A DNA stretch of 64,000 nucleotides from Chiloscyllium plagiosum. Its lineage: Eukaryota. Under the pieces are notes generated by a model. That model was given only the letters and a program-made list of their open reading frames with translations, was not told the DNA's origin and did not search any database. Within the stretch, counting starts at the first letter, position 1; every line of letters begins with the position of its first letter. Both the position numbers and the translations under genes were made by a program. The stretch spans positions 1 to 64,000 of the forward strand of contig NW_025215212.1 in the NCBI RefSeq assembly GCF_004010195.1, in the 5' to 3' direction. Shown here one piece after another: positions 26,000-38,879 of this stretch.

Positions 26000-26560
26000 A
26001 GACCAGGATTCTGCAGATGACATTGCATTGGTGGCTGAGGAATCATGCAGGCACAGTCCAAGACATGAGTTCCAGTCTCGAGTAGCAGTGGCAAAGGTTG
26101 GTCTAGGCATCATCTATGAGAAGTTCAAGAAAGGCTAGGGAGAGGTTACCACTGAGCAACAATCACCTCACCTATCCAGGAAGCAACATCTCCAGGAGGG
26201 TGATGTAGAGATCAACGTCCAACAAGAATTGGGGATATGATATTGCTCTTCCAGTGACTCCACATGGTCAAAGCATCCAGTAGCATCAATATTACCAATA
26301 CTGCCATGAAACCGTGACTTGACTTGTCCATTTAGTACCAAACAAAATCCATGCAACAAAACAAGAAGAGAACTGCAAATGTGGCGTGTATATTTGTGTT
26401 CCTCCACTCATGTCTCCGATGTAAGGCCTTGCATATTACCTGGAAGGATAATTTCACCAGTGAAGAGATTCTACCCAGGCCTGGTAAGACCCTGAGAGTA
26501 AAGTACAGCATTTCTACAATGAGCATTTGGTGAACTGCTGCCCCAGGTAAACATTGCCTT
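26000..26560 (+). mobile_element. RTE-clade LINE RT remnant
   Basis: DSADDIAL motif near 26007-26030 and FLHSCLRCKALHITWKDNFTSEEIL, resembling the RTE RT C-terminus. Confidence 0.55.
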
Positions 26561-26879
26561 TTCCCATCTCTGTAAACCCCCCAAGTCTCTAGCCCTGAGT
26601 GCCAGCTGCATGGCTCTACACCAACCCATTTTCATATTTGCCACCCAGGAGTTCAAATCCCAATTGCAATGACATGGACAAAGTATGCTGCCAACTTACT
26701 CACAGCAGGATGCCACAACTGGCAAATCAGCAACAAAGTGGTAACTTATAACTGACGTCTATCTGTCCTCAGGTAAGATTTTGGTTTCCAACAAATTTTA
26801 AGAAAGATGTTGATGAGAATAATGATGGGAGGATAACCGATTTGTCATTTGAAGATATATTTATCTGAGTAGGTAAGCA

Positions 26880-27455
26880 GCAGTTTACCAACCCAGTCCA
26901 TACAGCTGAAAGAATGGGCTGTATTTGGAATGTCATGAGTAGTTTTGGGTCCCACATCTAAAGAATGATGTGTTGGCATTCAAGGAGGTCCAGAGAAGGG
27001 TTAGAGGAATGATCCCAGGGATAGAAGGTTTTTTTTCCGTATGAGGAATGGTTGAGGACCCTGAGTCTGTACTCAATGGGTTTAGAAGAATGAGTGATTG
27101 AGCCTTGCAGAGGCATGGATAGAGTGGGCGTGGAGAAGATGTTTCCATACGTTGGAGAGACTAGCGCCCAAGGGCACAGCCTCGGGGTGAAGGCACGACC
27201 CTTTAGACCTAAGACGAGGAGGAATTGCATCAGCCAGAAGATGGGGAAGCTGTGGAATCATTGCTGCAGAGGGCATGGGGGCCAAGTCATTGAGTGTATT
27301 TAAGGCAGAGATAGATTCTTGATTGATAAGGGGGTCAAACTAGTCCATGTAGAAGGCAAGAGAAGGGGGGTTGAGAAATATATCAGCCCTGAGTGACTGG
27401 TGAAGCAGACTCAATGGAGCGAATGGCCCAATTTTGCTGCCTTGAGTTATGGTGT
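26880..27455 (+). mobile_element. CR1 3' fragment
   Basis: Degenerate C-terminal ORF2 and 3' UTR (TATGAGGAATGGTTGAGG...; GGAGCGAATGGCC). Confidence 0.7.
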
Positions 27456-27509
27456 TATGGAGCTCCTGGGGCAATAAAGTGATGACTGAGGTTGGTTGAA
27501 GAGAACCGT

Positions 27510-27549
27510 AGATTCCTGAAGAAGGGCCTGTGCCCGAAACGTCGAATCT
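27510..27549 (+). ncRNA. Minimal type I hammerhead ribozyme motif (PLE-type)
   Basis: AGATTC-CTGAAGA-A-GGGC-CTGT-GCCC-GAAA-C-GTC-GAATCT: intact core, 4-bp helix II, 6-bp helix I, palindromic ACGT in place of helix III. Activity not shown. Confidence 0.7.
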
Positions 27550-28110
27550 CCTGTTCCCTGGATGCTGCCTGACCTGCTGTGCTGTTCCAGCAATAAAGTT
27601 TCAACTCTGAAGAGAACCGTAAGCAAGAGGAGAATGGAAAGGGTTGCCTCAAGAACTGATCGCCTTCACACAATCAACAAAAGGGCAACACAGGATTAAT
27701 GATTAATGTACACCCCAGTCCAACACCGGCATCTCCGAATCAGCATTAATGAATCAGACCTTCTCCCGGGTAGTTACTCATGGGCAAGCAATGGTGGCCT
27801 CATCAGTGACACTGATATCCCACAGACAAATCAAGAAAGGGAGTGAGAAGAAAATCTGATAAAAAGGAAAAGAACACAGGAGGGGAAGGGGAGAACTTTC
27901 CGGACAGGCTCCAGTTTCTAATTATTCTGCAGACGAAGGGAAAGCTGGGTATTGTGTGACAAATATTCTGCTCTGGCTCTCAAAGTAGAAATGAAATAAG
28001 GTCTGAAAGACAGAGAAATAAATAAGGGAAAACAGGGACACAATGATCAAAAACGTAAGGTAATGTATGTGCAAGGTCCTGAGGAAGGGTTATACCCAAA
28101 ACATTGATTT

Positions 28111-28290
28111 CTCTCCCTCCTGACGCTGCCTGCCTTGCTGTGTTCCCTCTCCCTCCTGATGCTGCCTGCCTTGCTGTGTTCCCTCTCCCTCCTGATACTG
28201 CCTGTCTTGCTGTGTTCCCCTCCCTCCTGATGCTGCCTGCCTTGCTGTGTTCCTCTCTCTCCTGATACTGCCTGCCTTGCTGTGTTCCCC
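28111..28290 (+). repeat. About 36-bp tandem repeat (about 5 copies) derived from a PLE-type tail
   Basis: Unit CTCTCCCTCCTGATGCTGCCTGCCTTGCTGTGTTCC, directly after a degenerate hammerhead motif at about 28079-28107. Confidence 0.85.
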
Positions 28291-28299
28291 AGCCTCCTG

Positions 28300-30195
28300 C
28301 TTGTCAATGGAAAGCAGTTTGAAGTGGTGTTCGGCAGCACTGTGTTGGGAGCCCTGCTGGCATTTTCTCTACATTAGTAAATTGGATTTGAATGCGCGGT
28401 CACATTGTGCAGCTGACACAGGGACCGGCTGTGCAGTGTATAGTGTAGGGGATAGCTGTAAACTCCACAATGACACAGATGGGTTGGTGGAGTGGGCAGG
28501 AAAGTGGCACATGGAGTTCAACTCTGATAAGTGCGAGGTAATGCATTTAGGGAGGTGAGGCAGTAGAAAGGGACACACAATATACTGAGAGGGGGAGCTG
28601 AACTGAGAGGTCTTGGAGTACACGTTCCTAAAGGTAGCAGTCCAGGTGGATAAGGTTTAAAGGAAGCTTGGAGAATGTTCTCCTCCATTGGCAGTGCGAT
28701 AGAATACAAAAGGAAAGATATAATGATGAAACTGTGTAAGACACTGGTGAGGCCACAACTGGAGGATTGTGTGCACTTCTGGTCACCATCTTACAGGAAG
28801 GATGGAATTGCTGTGGGGAGAGTGTGGGGAAGATTGACCAGAATGTTGCCAGGGCTGGAGAATTGTAGCTACGAGGGGAGATTGGAGAGGGTGGGCTTGT
28901 TTCCATTGGAACAGAGAAGGCTGAGGGGTGAGGTGTACAGAATAGTGAGGGACAGAGCTGGAGTAGACAGGGGGACCCTGTTTCCCCTGGTAGAGAGTTC
29001 ATAAACCAGGGATCATAGATCCAAGCCAAGTGGCAGAAAGGTTAGAGAGAACATGAGGAAAAGGTTTTTCCACAGAAGATGGTGACCATAAGACATCGGT
29101 GCCGAAATTAGGCCATTCAGCCCATCGAGCCTGCTCCACCATTCAATCAGGGCTGATACGTTTCTCAACCCCATTCTCCCACTTTCTCCCTTTATCCCTT
29201 GACAATGAAGAGCCTAGCTATCTCCGTGTTAAATAGACTCAGTGACCTGGCCTCCACAGCCTTCTGTGGCAGTGAATTCCACAGTTTCATCACTCACTGG
29301 CTGAGGACATTTCTCCTTATCTCTGATCTAAAAGGGTCTTCCCTTTACTCTCAGCCTGCACCCTCGGGTCCTCGTCTCTCTGACCAATGGCAGCATCTTC
29401 CCAACATCCACTCTGTCCAGGCCATTCAATACTCTGTCAGTTTCAATTCGATCCCCCCTCATCCTTCTAAACTCTATCGCGTGTAAAACCCAGAGTCCTG
29501 AAACGTTCCTTATATGGGTGTCTGGAATTCACTGCCTGAGTTTATGGTGGAGGCAGACACCCTGAACTCTTTTAAAAAGCACCTGGATCTGCACCTTCAG
29601 TGCTGGAAGCTGCAGGGCGATGGGCCGTGTGCAGGAAGATGGGATTGGAAAAGGCATCTGGGTGTCTCTGGGTCAGCATGGACAAGATGGGCTGAATGGC
29701 CCTTTCCGTGCTGTACCATTTCTATGGTTCTGAGAAGCTGGCTGATCCGTGGCCTCAGACATACCAGCAAAACATAAGATGATTACAAATCTGACTTGCT
29801 TGCTGAGACAGTGGCTGAGAGGAAGCCTGATAGAGGCCTACACAGTTATGAGAGGCATAGACAGGGTTGAAGACAGAGGCTTTTTTCCAGGGTGGAAGTT
29901 TCAATTACAAGGGATCACAGGTTAGAGGGGGATAGTTTAAGGGAGATGTATGAGGGAAGTTTTTCACCCAGAGAGTGGTAGGAGCCTGGAACACAGTGCC
30001 AGAAGAGGTGGTGGAAGCAGGTACACTGGTGACATTTAAGAGCCATCTGGATGGTTACATGAATCAGGAGGCAACAGAGGGATACAGACCGAATAAGGGC
30101 AGAAGGTTTTTTTTAGTTAGGGCATGATGATCGGCACAGGCTGGGAGGGCCGAAGGGCCTGTTCCTGTGCTGTACTTCTGTTTTGTTCTTTGTTC
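28300..30195 (+). mobile_element. Cluster of CR1 3' fragments (+ strand, with a - strand fragment nested at about 29085-29512)
   Basis: MEFNSDKCEVMHLGR; KTLVRPQLEDCVHFWSPSYRKD...LTRMLPGL; several CR1 3' UTR tails. Confidence 0.8.
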
Positions 30196-30830
30196 ATTCA
30201 AAGAGGAATGGGGAAGAGAGAAAATATTGAGACATTAATGATCCCTGAACACATCCCTGAACAGTATGGGCAATTTAGCATGGCTAATTCACCGAAACCT
30301 GCACATTTTTGGACTGTGGGAGGAAACCCACACTGACACAAGGAAAAATGCTAGTATCTATCAATTCCAAAAGAGTTATGCTGGATTTGAAACATTAAAT
30401 GTGTTTCGCTGTCCACAGGCTAGACTTGTTGAGTTTCTCCAGCATAGTTTTTATTTTGGATTTCCAGCATCCTCAATATTTCACTTTTGTTATGCTCATA
30501 CCTGTTACTAGGAAGAGGGTGAGTGAGCACGTGCAAAGGTGTAATCCAATTGGGTCAGCTCCTCATACTGTCCCCACCTAATTATCCGAAAGGAGTTCAG
30601 TCTTTTAGTTGCTGTTAATGGAGGAGTTCACTGGACAGCAAGTATGTGAATTTTAAAAGCACTTTTGATAATGAATTGTAGACAAGGGATTGGAAATCTT
30701 GAACCACATACAGAAAACATCTAAATGTGGTGTGAGGTTACTGGTCTCTTCATTGGGAAACCGGGTACTGCCAGGGGCATTGGGCACTATTTCAGAAAGT
30801 TGTACCATCAGTTATAGCTGACTCTTCATG

Positions 30831-31159
30831 GAATCCCTACAGTGTGGAAACAGGCCCTTCAGTCCAACAAGTCCACACTGACCCTACAAAAAGTAACCCA
30901 CCCAGACGCATTCCCCTACCCTATTACTCCACATTTACCCCTGACTAATGCACCTAACCTACACATCCCTGATTGCTACAATTTAGCATGGCCAATTCAC
31001 CTAAACTGCACACTTTTGGATTGTGGGAGGAAACTGGAGCACTTGGAGGAAACCCACGCAGACACTGGGAGAATGTGCAAACTCCACACAGTCACCCGAG
31101 GTGGGTAACGAACCCGGGTACCTGTGAGGCAGTGGTGCTAACCACTGAGCCACTACGCC
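30831..31159 (-). mobile_element. HE1-like SINE ending about 60 nt upstream of GFAP exon 2
   Basis: Reverse complement of a near full-length SINE. Confidence 0.85.
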
Positions 31160-31221
31160 ACCAGCTCTTCAACCTGTATCACAAAATCACTTCATCCTCA
31201 CACTAAAATTGTGTCTTTCAG

Positions 31222-31282
31222 ATTCCAGGATGAGATCAATCTGCGGACAGAGGCTGAGAACAACTTAAATGCGTTCAGACAG
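31222..31282 (+). CDS. GFAP: GFAP exon 2 (61 nt)
   Basis: TTTCAG| (R)FQDEINLRTEAENNLNAFRQ |GTAAAG; size and phase match type III IF exon 2. Confidence 0.95.
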
Positions 31283-32640
31283 GTAAAGATCCGTGTGTAA
31301 CAGTGACTGATTATCTGGGTCTCCACATCTGTAATGGGGGTGAAAGAGTGCACCAGTAAAGGGATGTTCAGAATAGGATGAATTAAAATAGCAGAGGAAT
31401 GAACTGGTGTTTAGGAATAGTTCACTTAAGGTCAAGGGCAAAGACAGAGTAAGTGTCCAGGGTCACTTTATTGTGACTAGATGGGCAGGACCAAGGGCAC
31501 TTTAGTGAAAACTCCTCCATTTAGAACTGCTTTAAGACTCATCAATGGAAGAGAATTTGAGTAGTTTCTAGAAGAGGTGAATGATCCTAACCAACAGATC
31601 TTCCAACCCACGCTCTAGCCAAGTCATATCCAAAGAGGAGCTCAACTCCTCCTGCCATCAACTGAGGTTAAATCGTCATCGGAGAGACATTCTGTGAAAT
31701 ACTCCTTCCCAGTGACTGGGAGGAGCTTTAGTGCAGGGTGAAGCCAGGAGGCATTTGATCTTTGGCTATTCACAGCCAAGGAAGAAACAGGTCCATTGGA
31801 AAACTGGGGCAGCGAGACTGTCTTTAGTGGAGTCTAGTTGCCTCGTCTAAATGGCTAGACTCTGTAAAGGCGCTTTCCTTTTGCAGCCAGAGTCCCGTTG
31901 TCATGTCTAATGGTTTGCCCACACTCAGCTGAGAGTCCAGTTGATGGTAAAATGTTTTTCCAGTGGTCTTCATTCACATTCTTTCAGGTAAGTATTCCTG
32001 GGTGAGGCGTTGCAGACAGATTGTCTCCATGTCACTGGCTGTAGAGGTTTGGCGATGCTAATGTTCAGCGATCTTTTACATCATTTCCTGAAACGCAAAC
32101 CATGAAAGTTAATGGTCGAGTGGATACCGAAAGGCTCCGGCCTGAAATGTCGATTCTCCTGCTGCTCGGATGCTGCCTGACCTGCTGTGCTTTTCCAGCA
32201 CCACACTGACTCTCCAGCAGGCAGAGGGTGGGAACAGTAAAATGCTCTGAAATTGCAGGGCTCAATGTTAGAAGATTACCTTCCAGTCCTAGGCACATTG
32301 TAAAGTTTCAGGATGATGAAGGGTGTGGAGGGTGACTGAACAAGTTCACACTTTTGATATTAACATTCAGTAGCAGCGATTCCTGGGTTTTCATTTTCAA
32401 ACCCCTCTGAGGTCCATCTTCATCTCTCTTCAGAAACCTCTCTTCACCTGTGCAATCTTCTCTGAGACCTTCCTGTGCTGAAACTCCTCTCCAGCATCCT
32501 TCACTTACTATATCATCAGTGAAGACAGTGGGAAGCCCACTGAGGTGCACATCCTGTGTGGAGCTTTGAGCACTCACTGAAAGATCACTCAGTGATGTTT
32601 CTAACTCTGCTGTCCTCTCCTCTCCCCTTCCTTCCTCAAG

Positions 32641-32736
32641 GACGTCGATGAAGCTGCTTTGATACGGATTGACCTGGAGCGGAAAATTGAATCCCTGCAG
32701 GATGAGATTGACTTCCTAAAGAAGGTCCATGATGAG
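32641..32736 (+). CDS. GFAP: GFAP exon 3 (96 nt)
   Basis: Polypyrimidine tract plus [41 protein letters not shown]. Confidence 0.96.
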
Positions 32737-33046
32737 GTAAGGGCTTCTCAACTGTGGTTGGGAATGGCATCAAGTGACTGGATTCTGGCCACAGCGATAG
32801 GGCTCCTGCTCACTTGCCCCATCAGGCCATTTACTGGGTCGGAATGTCAGGGGTCGGGAGGTCGGGGGCCTCTTTACAGTGGTGAAAACTCTCAATAATG
32901 AAACCCCAGGATTAGCTACATGACTATAGGGAAGCCAAGGTCTCAGAGACACTTGGGCAGAAAGTAGTGCAGGTGCTGGAAATCCTCCGCGAGTATCTGT
33001 AGAGGGAGGACCGCAAGAAAGCTGGCAGGTTTCACTGATACTGTCA

Positions 33047-33182
33047 GAACAGGGAAGGCTGGGAGAGACAGGGATTACAGGAACAGGGAAGGCTAGGGGA
33101 GACAGGGATTACAGGAACAGGGAAGAGTTGCAGATGCAGGGATTACAGGAACAGGGAAGATTTGGAGACATAGGGATTACAA
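33047..33182 (+). repeat. 34/35-bp purine-rich tandem repeat, about 4 copies
   Basis: Unit approximately GAACAGGGAAGGCTGGGAGAGACAGGGATTACAG. Confidence 0.8.
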
Positions 33183-33628
33183 GTCTGGCATGAAAAGGAG
33201 AGGACAGAATAAAAGAGAAGCTCTGAGTCTGGGAGGCAGATGGAAGAGATTTCCTGATGATAGGGACAATGGAACAAACGGTGACAATAACTGAACATGC
33301 AAAGGAGCAAAAGGTGTATCTGAGGAATCTGTTTATCTCCGAATCCTCAAGCGTTCTTTGGCCAAGTGAGACATGCTCCCATTCTTATCTATCTAATGCT
33401 AGCCAGGGCTTCACTTGCAATGGGCTGTCTGTAATCCTACAGCCTGCCCTTTCCAGCTCACCTTGGTCCCTTCCCATTTTACCTGCTGTCCGAAGGGCTG
33501 GGGAATGGGGTGGGGCTTGGTATTTCTGGGTATGAGGAGGGACCAGAGCCCCTCAGCATCGGAGGTGGGAGAGGGCACTGTGTCCCTGAGCACAGAGCAC
33601 GGAACTGACTGCTGTTTCCATCACACAG

Positions 33629-33790
33629 GAAATGCGGGAGCTGCAGGATCAGTTACAGATGCAGCAGGTCCATGTCGATGTGGATGTATCCAAGCCGGAT
33701 CTCACTGCTGCCCTGAAGGATATCCGCATTCAGTACGAGTCTGTTGCTAGCAAGAACCTGCAGGAGGCTGAGGAGTGGTACAAGTCTAAG
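33629..33790 (+). CDS. GFAP: GFAP exon 4 (162 nt)
   Basis: [65 protein letters not shown]. Confidence 0.96.
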
Positions 33791-34983
33791 GTGATAGTAA
33801 CCACAAAGATTGGCCCTGGCTTTCAAAGGAAGGCTGCATTGTGTTTATAACAAAAAACTCTGCATAACCTTGGCACAATCCAAAAGGCTCTACAATCTTG
33901 AAAAGTAGCCCCTGTTATAACGGGGCAAGTGTGGCACACTGGTCATTTCACTCGGCTAGCAATTTAGAATCCCAGGTTCATGTTCCAGGACATTGGTTCA
34001 AATCCCACTTGACAGACAGTAACATTTGAATTCAATAGAAAATATAGAATTATACAAAAAAATACTAGCCTAAAGAAGACCACGCAGACACTTCTGATTG
34101 TTTTAAGAACACTCCTGGTTTAATCATTCCATTTTGGGAATGAAATCTGCCATCGTTACCTGGTCTGGCCCAAGTGTGAGTCCAGACCCACAGCAATGTG
34201 GTTGACTCTTAAATGCCTTCTGGGTAATTAGGGAGGGGCAATAAATATTAGCCTAGCCAGAGACGCTCACATGTGCACAGCAAGATTCCAGAAACACCAA
34301 TGAGGTAAATAACTACATTGTGTCTGTTTGGATTAGATATCAGCCAGGACACCAGGCACAACTCTCCTGTTCCTCTTCCCAAATCAGTAACACGGGAATT
34401 TTTGTATCCCCCTGAGATAGCAGGTTTACCTTTTATTTAGCATCAGATTTGTGAATCACCTGAAAGTGGCACATCAAACAATGCAGCACTCCCTCGGTAC
34501 TGCCCTCAAGTCACTGCCTCACTAATGCGTGCCAGTCCACGGAGAGGGATTGGAATTCCTGACTCTCCCGCTTAAAGGAAACAGAGGCATAGAACCGTGG
34601 CACCATGACTGGCTGTGGGGCAGATAGTGGTTTGATGCTCCCTTGACCCTCCCCCCAAGGAGTTTCAGCTGAGATTGGTACCTTGACCTTTAACCTACTG
34701 CCACTAAGTATAATACTATCAATCTGTTGCTCTGCTAGTGCTGAAGGTCTTTAAAATCCACTCTACCTCAACCAGCAGAGGGAGATAGATGATAATTTCT
34801 CAGTGTGTCCCGAATCAAACAGAAATTGAACGTGAGGGTGGGCTGGATGATGATGTGTTCAGGGGTATTGGAGTGTATTCGAGGACACAAGGCCCTCAGA
34901 TTGCTCAGAGATTTGGCCTGGTTGACCACTCTCCCCGTCTCTCACTCACTGTCATGCCCCTAACACTGCCCGACTGTGTTTAG

Positions 34984-35109
34984 TTCTCAGATCTGACCGA
35001 TGCAGCATCTCGGCAGGCAGAAACCCTGCGCCAGGCCAAGCAGGAGATGAATGATTACCGAAGGCAGATCCAATCCCTCACATGTGACCTGGAGGGCCTG
35101 AAAGGAACG
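34984..35109 (+). CDS. GFAP: GFAP exon 5 (126 nt)
   Basis: [53 protein letters not shown]; not reported in the ORF track. Confidence 0.95.
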
Positions 35110-35359
35110 GTGAGTTCTCACTACAAACCCTCGAACAGGAACATCTCTCCAGGGTAAACGGGAGAAGGCAGAGAAAGTCGAAGCAAAATAGGCGCAGCGC
35201 TCTTTTAGCTGAGTGGATTATTTGTCTTTGTTGGAGAGCCTCGTACCTTTGGCCATTTAAGGAGGTTATTTTAAGGAGGTTATTTTGGCCATTTTAGAGA
35301 AACTTAGGCTAGTGGGAAGGGAGAGAAGAATTTTATGATATTACAGTCACTAGGGAGAT

Positions 35360-36890
35360 GGACCTGAACAAACTGATGGAGCTGTGAGCTGAATGAGATT
35401 CTGGCTCCAAGTTAACTTTACTCTTGAGACTTGAGAGAGGTTGGTAATGCGATACTAGATGCATTGGGGTTAATTTTCCAAAGATCCCTCAATTCAGGAA
35501 AGCAGACTGGAAAGTAGTAAATATAGCCCCTCCATTCAAGTCAGAAAACCAGAAACTACAGGCCACTTAGTTCAGTCTTGGGCATGGGGAAGGTCTTCAA
35601 TTTGACCATTTAAATAAGTAACAGCTGGACATTTAGAGACATTTAAATTAATGGGTAGATTCAACATGGTTTTGTTAAGAGAATTCATGTTCAACCAATT
35701 TATTAGGCTTTTTTGAAGGAGTAAAATGTGCTGTGGATAAAGGGAAACCCGTTGATATACTAGACTTGGATTTCAAGAAGGCATTAGGTAAGGAGCTACT
35801 TTGAAGACTGTTGGGAAAATAACAATTTGTGATGTAAAGGATAAAGTATTATCATGAGCAAAGTTTGGCTGGAAACAGAAAACAGAGTATAAAAGACTTT
35901 CTTTGATTGACAAGAGGTAATGTGTAAAATCCCACAGGGGTCTGTGCTGCAGCATCAATATTTTATAATCTACCCCAATGTCTCAGATAGAAAGATATAA
36001 ACCAGGAGCAGAAGTTAGCCATTTGGCCATTCAAGCACCACCATTCAGTGGCTAATGGCTGATCCTCTATCTCAATATCATATTTCTGCTTTCTCCTCAT
36101 ACTGTCTGAAATCTAAAAGCTCATCACTCTCTTGCATTAGTGACTTGGTCTCCACAACGTGGTGTTCCATAGGTTCGATCTCTGCAGCATGGTGAATGCT
36201 TTCTTCATGTAGATTCTAAACCCCCAACCCCACATCCTTAGACTCTGTCCCCAGTTTTATCTCCCCAGTCAGGGAAAACATCCTCAGCACATCCAGCCAT
36301 GGTGAAACATTATACATTTCAATCAGATCCCCTCTTATCCTTCAAAGGCCTGGAGAATGCAGAATGAGGCACGGTAGCTAAATTCACAGGCCTTACAAAG
36401 ATAGAAAGGGGAAATATGATGTGAGAAAGACTTGAGGATCTTGTTGATGGATATATGTACATTATATGAGTAAGCAAAAATCTTGCAGATGGAACATACC
36501 ACAGAAATTTGTAAAGTTGTTTACTTTGACAGGAAGAATGATAAAGCAGAGTATTAGTGAAACAAAAGGACTGCAGAATTCTCCGATGCAGTAGGGTTTG
36601 GTGTCCTAGTGAATTACTTAGAAAACATTGGTGTGCAGGTACAGCAAGTAACCCGGAGAGCTAATAGGGTGCTGTCCATGAATACAAGAGGATTAAACAT
36701 AAAGCAAGGATGTTATTCTTAAATTGCACAGGCCATTGGTGAGTCAACATCTCAACACTGTGGACATTTATAGTTTCCTTGTTTTATGGCGGATGTAAAT
36801 GTATTGGAGGCAATTCAGAGGTGGGTCACTAGATTGATACCTCGAATGGATGGGTTGACTTATGAGGAGATGTTGGACAAACTGGGCTTG
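35360..36890 (+). mobile_element. Old CR1 ORF2 remnant with an opposite-strand CR1 fragment nested at about 35995-36350
   Basis: Degenerate GATTTCAAGAAGGCA (DFKKA), CAACATGGTTTTG (QHGF), LEAIQRWVTRLIPRMDGLTYEEMLDKLGLF. Confidence 0.65.
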
Positions 36891-37059
36891 TTTGATGGGA
36901 ATATTATAGAGGGAGCTTTACAGGGTTGTACCTCCAATCATGACATTGAACATGGTTTCATTCAATTTAAAGTTTGAATATAATTGCCGTACAATTATTC
37001 TGAAACATCCACACAGCTCAGTTTGTTATGTATCGGAAATCTTTCAATCTAAGGATCAT

Positions 37060-37288
37060 GGAATAGGATGTCCTTCAGTCGTAGGTTCTATATAATCTCA
37101 GCATATAGGTTTGGGGCACTTGACTTGGAAATGATGTGGGCCACAGATAAAGCTATGCAGGCACCTGCAACACTGCTTGGGTGTCACTGCATAGGTTTAT
37201 CTGTGGCCCACATCATTTCCAAGACAAGTGCCCCAAAGCTTTATGCTGAGATTATATAGAACCTACGACTGAAAGGACATCCTATTCC
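37060..37288. repeat. Long near-perfect inverted repeat (about 105-bp arms), MITE-like
   Basis: GGAATAGGATGTCCTTCAGTCGTAGG... pairs with ...CCTACGACTGAAAGGACATCCTATTCC with a handful of mismatches and a short spacer. Confidence 0.9.
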
Positions 37289-37316
37289 TGTCATTGAGGT
37301 AGTGGTCCATAGGCTG

Positions 37317-38169
37317 TGTTATGGACCAAACCACATTCCGTTAAAATACAATAAGAAGTTAGCCTAGACCCTCACTTTTTCGTAATTTAAAGGCAAGTGT
37401 CAGGTGTTGCATTCTGGATACAATTCGATTGGTCAAACAAACAGTCTTAAAGCAAAACAGGCTTTATTCATACTCTATAGTTTAAATACAACAGAAGGAA
37501 AAAAGAAATTGGATTAACTTCCCTCTATTATAGAGTCATAGAGTCATAGAGATGTACAGCACAGGAACAGACCCTTCGGTCCAACCCGTCCATGCCGACC
37601 AGATATCCCAACCAAACCTAGTCCCACCTGCCAGCACCCGGCCCATATCCCTTCAAACTCTTCCTATTTATATACCCATCCACTTCCTTCACAGCTCATT
37701 CCATACGTGTACCACCCTCTGGAAAGCTTAACAAATTATTTAACTACTGAACAGTAACTGTTCCAATATTGTAATATCCAGACACATATCCTTGGCAAAA
37801 AGCCAATTCAGTAAACTAGTTTGTCTCACAGGCAATCCTTCAGTCCAGGAGGAAGACCATCAAGATAACTCTCTGTGTGTGAGAGAGAGAGAGAGTGAGA
37901 GCGAGACAGTAGCAGGGAGAGATGTACTGCAGCTTCCAAACCCAGCTTTAAGACCCAAGCAAGAACTCCAGCTGAGAAACTAAAAATCCTGACCCCGACC
38001 AGTCAGGCTGCTTCTATTGTTCCAACTTTAATTTAAAAAGGCCCCAGGCCTCACAAGTTGCTTGCTTTATTGGATTTTAAATAGACAGCTCAGTATCTCT
38101 CTCATAAAACCTCTATTTTTTAAAAAAAACAGGACTAAACACCGCTCTAAAAACCACAGTATCTGTGCA
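37317..38169. mobile_element. Possible solo LTR with a nested CR1 tail (- strand, about 37530-37720)
   Basis: TG...CA ends, imperfect flanks (GCTG/TCTG), non-coding; LTR identity is a tentative pattern call. Confidence 0.3.
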
Positions 38170-38879
38170 TCTGGTATTGTCAATCTCAGAATTGACGGTT
38201 CCAGGCTTGCCCCTTGGAATGTAGCTGACAGCACTGTGCAGATCACAAGGCCCAGTGTTTGCTTACCAGTCCATGTTGTTCTCAACCAGCAGCATAAACA
38301 GCATTTGAACTTCTAGATTAGGGATGGAGGGTTACCAGGGTTCCCATTCATGGCAAATACACATCCTTGGGCACAGCAGGGAGTTCAGTTAAATTTGCAT
38401 GTGATCCCATATTCTCAGTTAAATATCTCATCAGCTCTCACTTGTGTCAATTCAGTGGCTGGGGAGTAGTCTTTTGCTTAGGTTTCTGAGGAACTGTGAC
38501 TTTCTGAAACGAGTGGGAGGGTGGTGGGAGTTAATTCATTAAAATATTGTCAAAACGTCAGCTCAAAAGTTGGGACCTGAGTGTTAATTGATTCCATTTG
38601 GTGAGATAGAAATCAACATTAGTCTTTTATTTGTTGTTAGAGTTTATTGACATCCTCAGTCACACCCTTCTCATCCCAGTCCCAGTGTCAAAGCTGCTGC
38701 TTATTAATATGTGCTCATAAAATAGCCAAGCCCTGTCTCACCTCATCTTAATATAGACATTGACAAATCTTCAGAATGAGATTGAGCAGACATTAACATT
38801 AGGATTTGCTGAGTTTGTTGACACAGCCCCAGGTGTGATACCTGACCCTGGTGAAGCTCCTATCTCTGTTCTCTGACAG

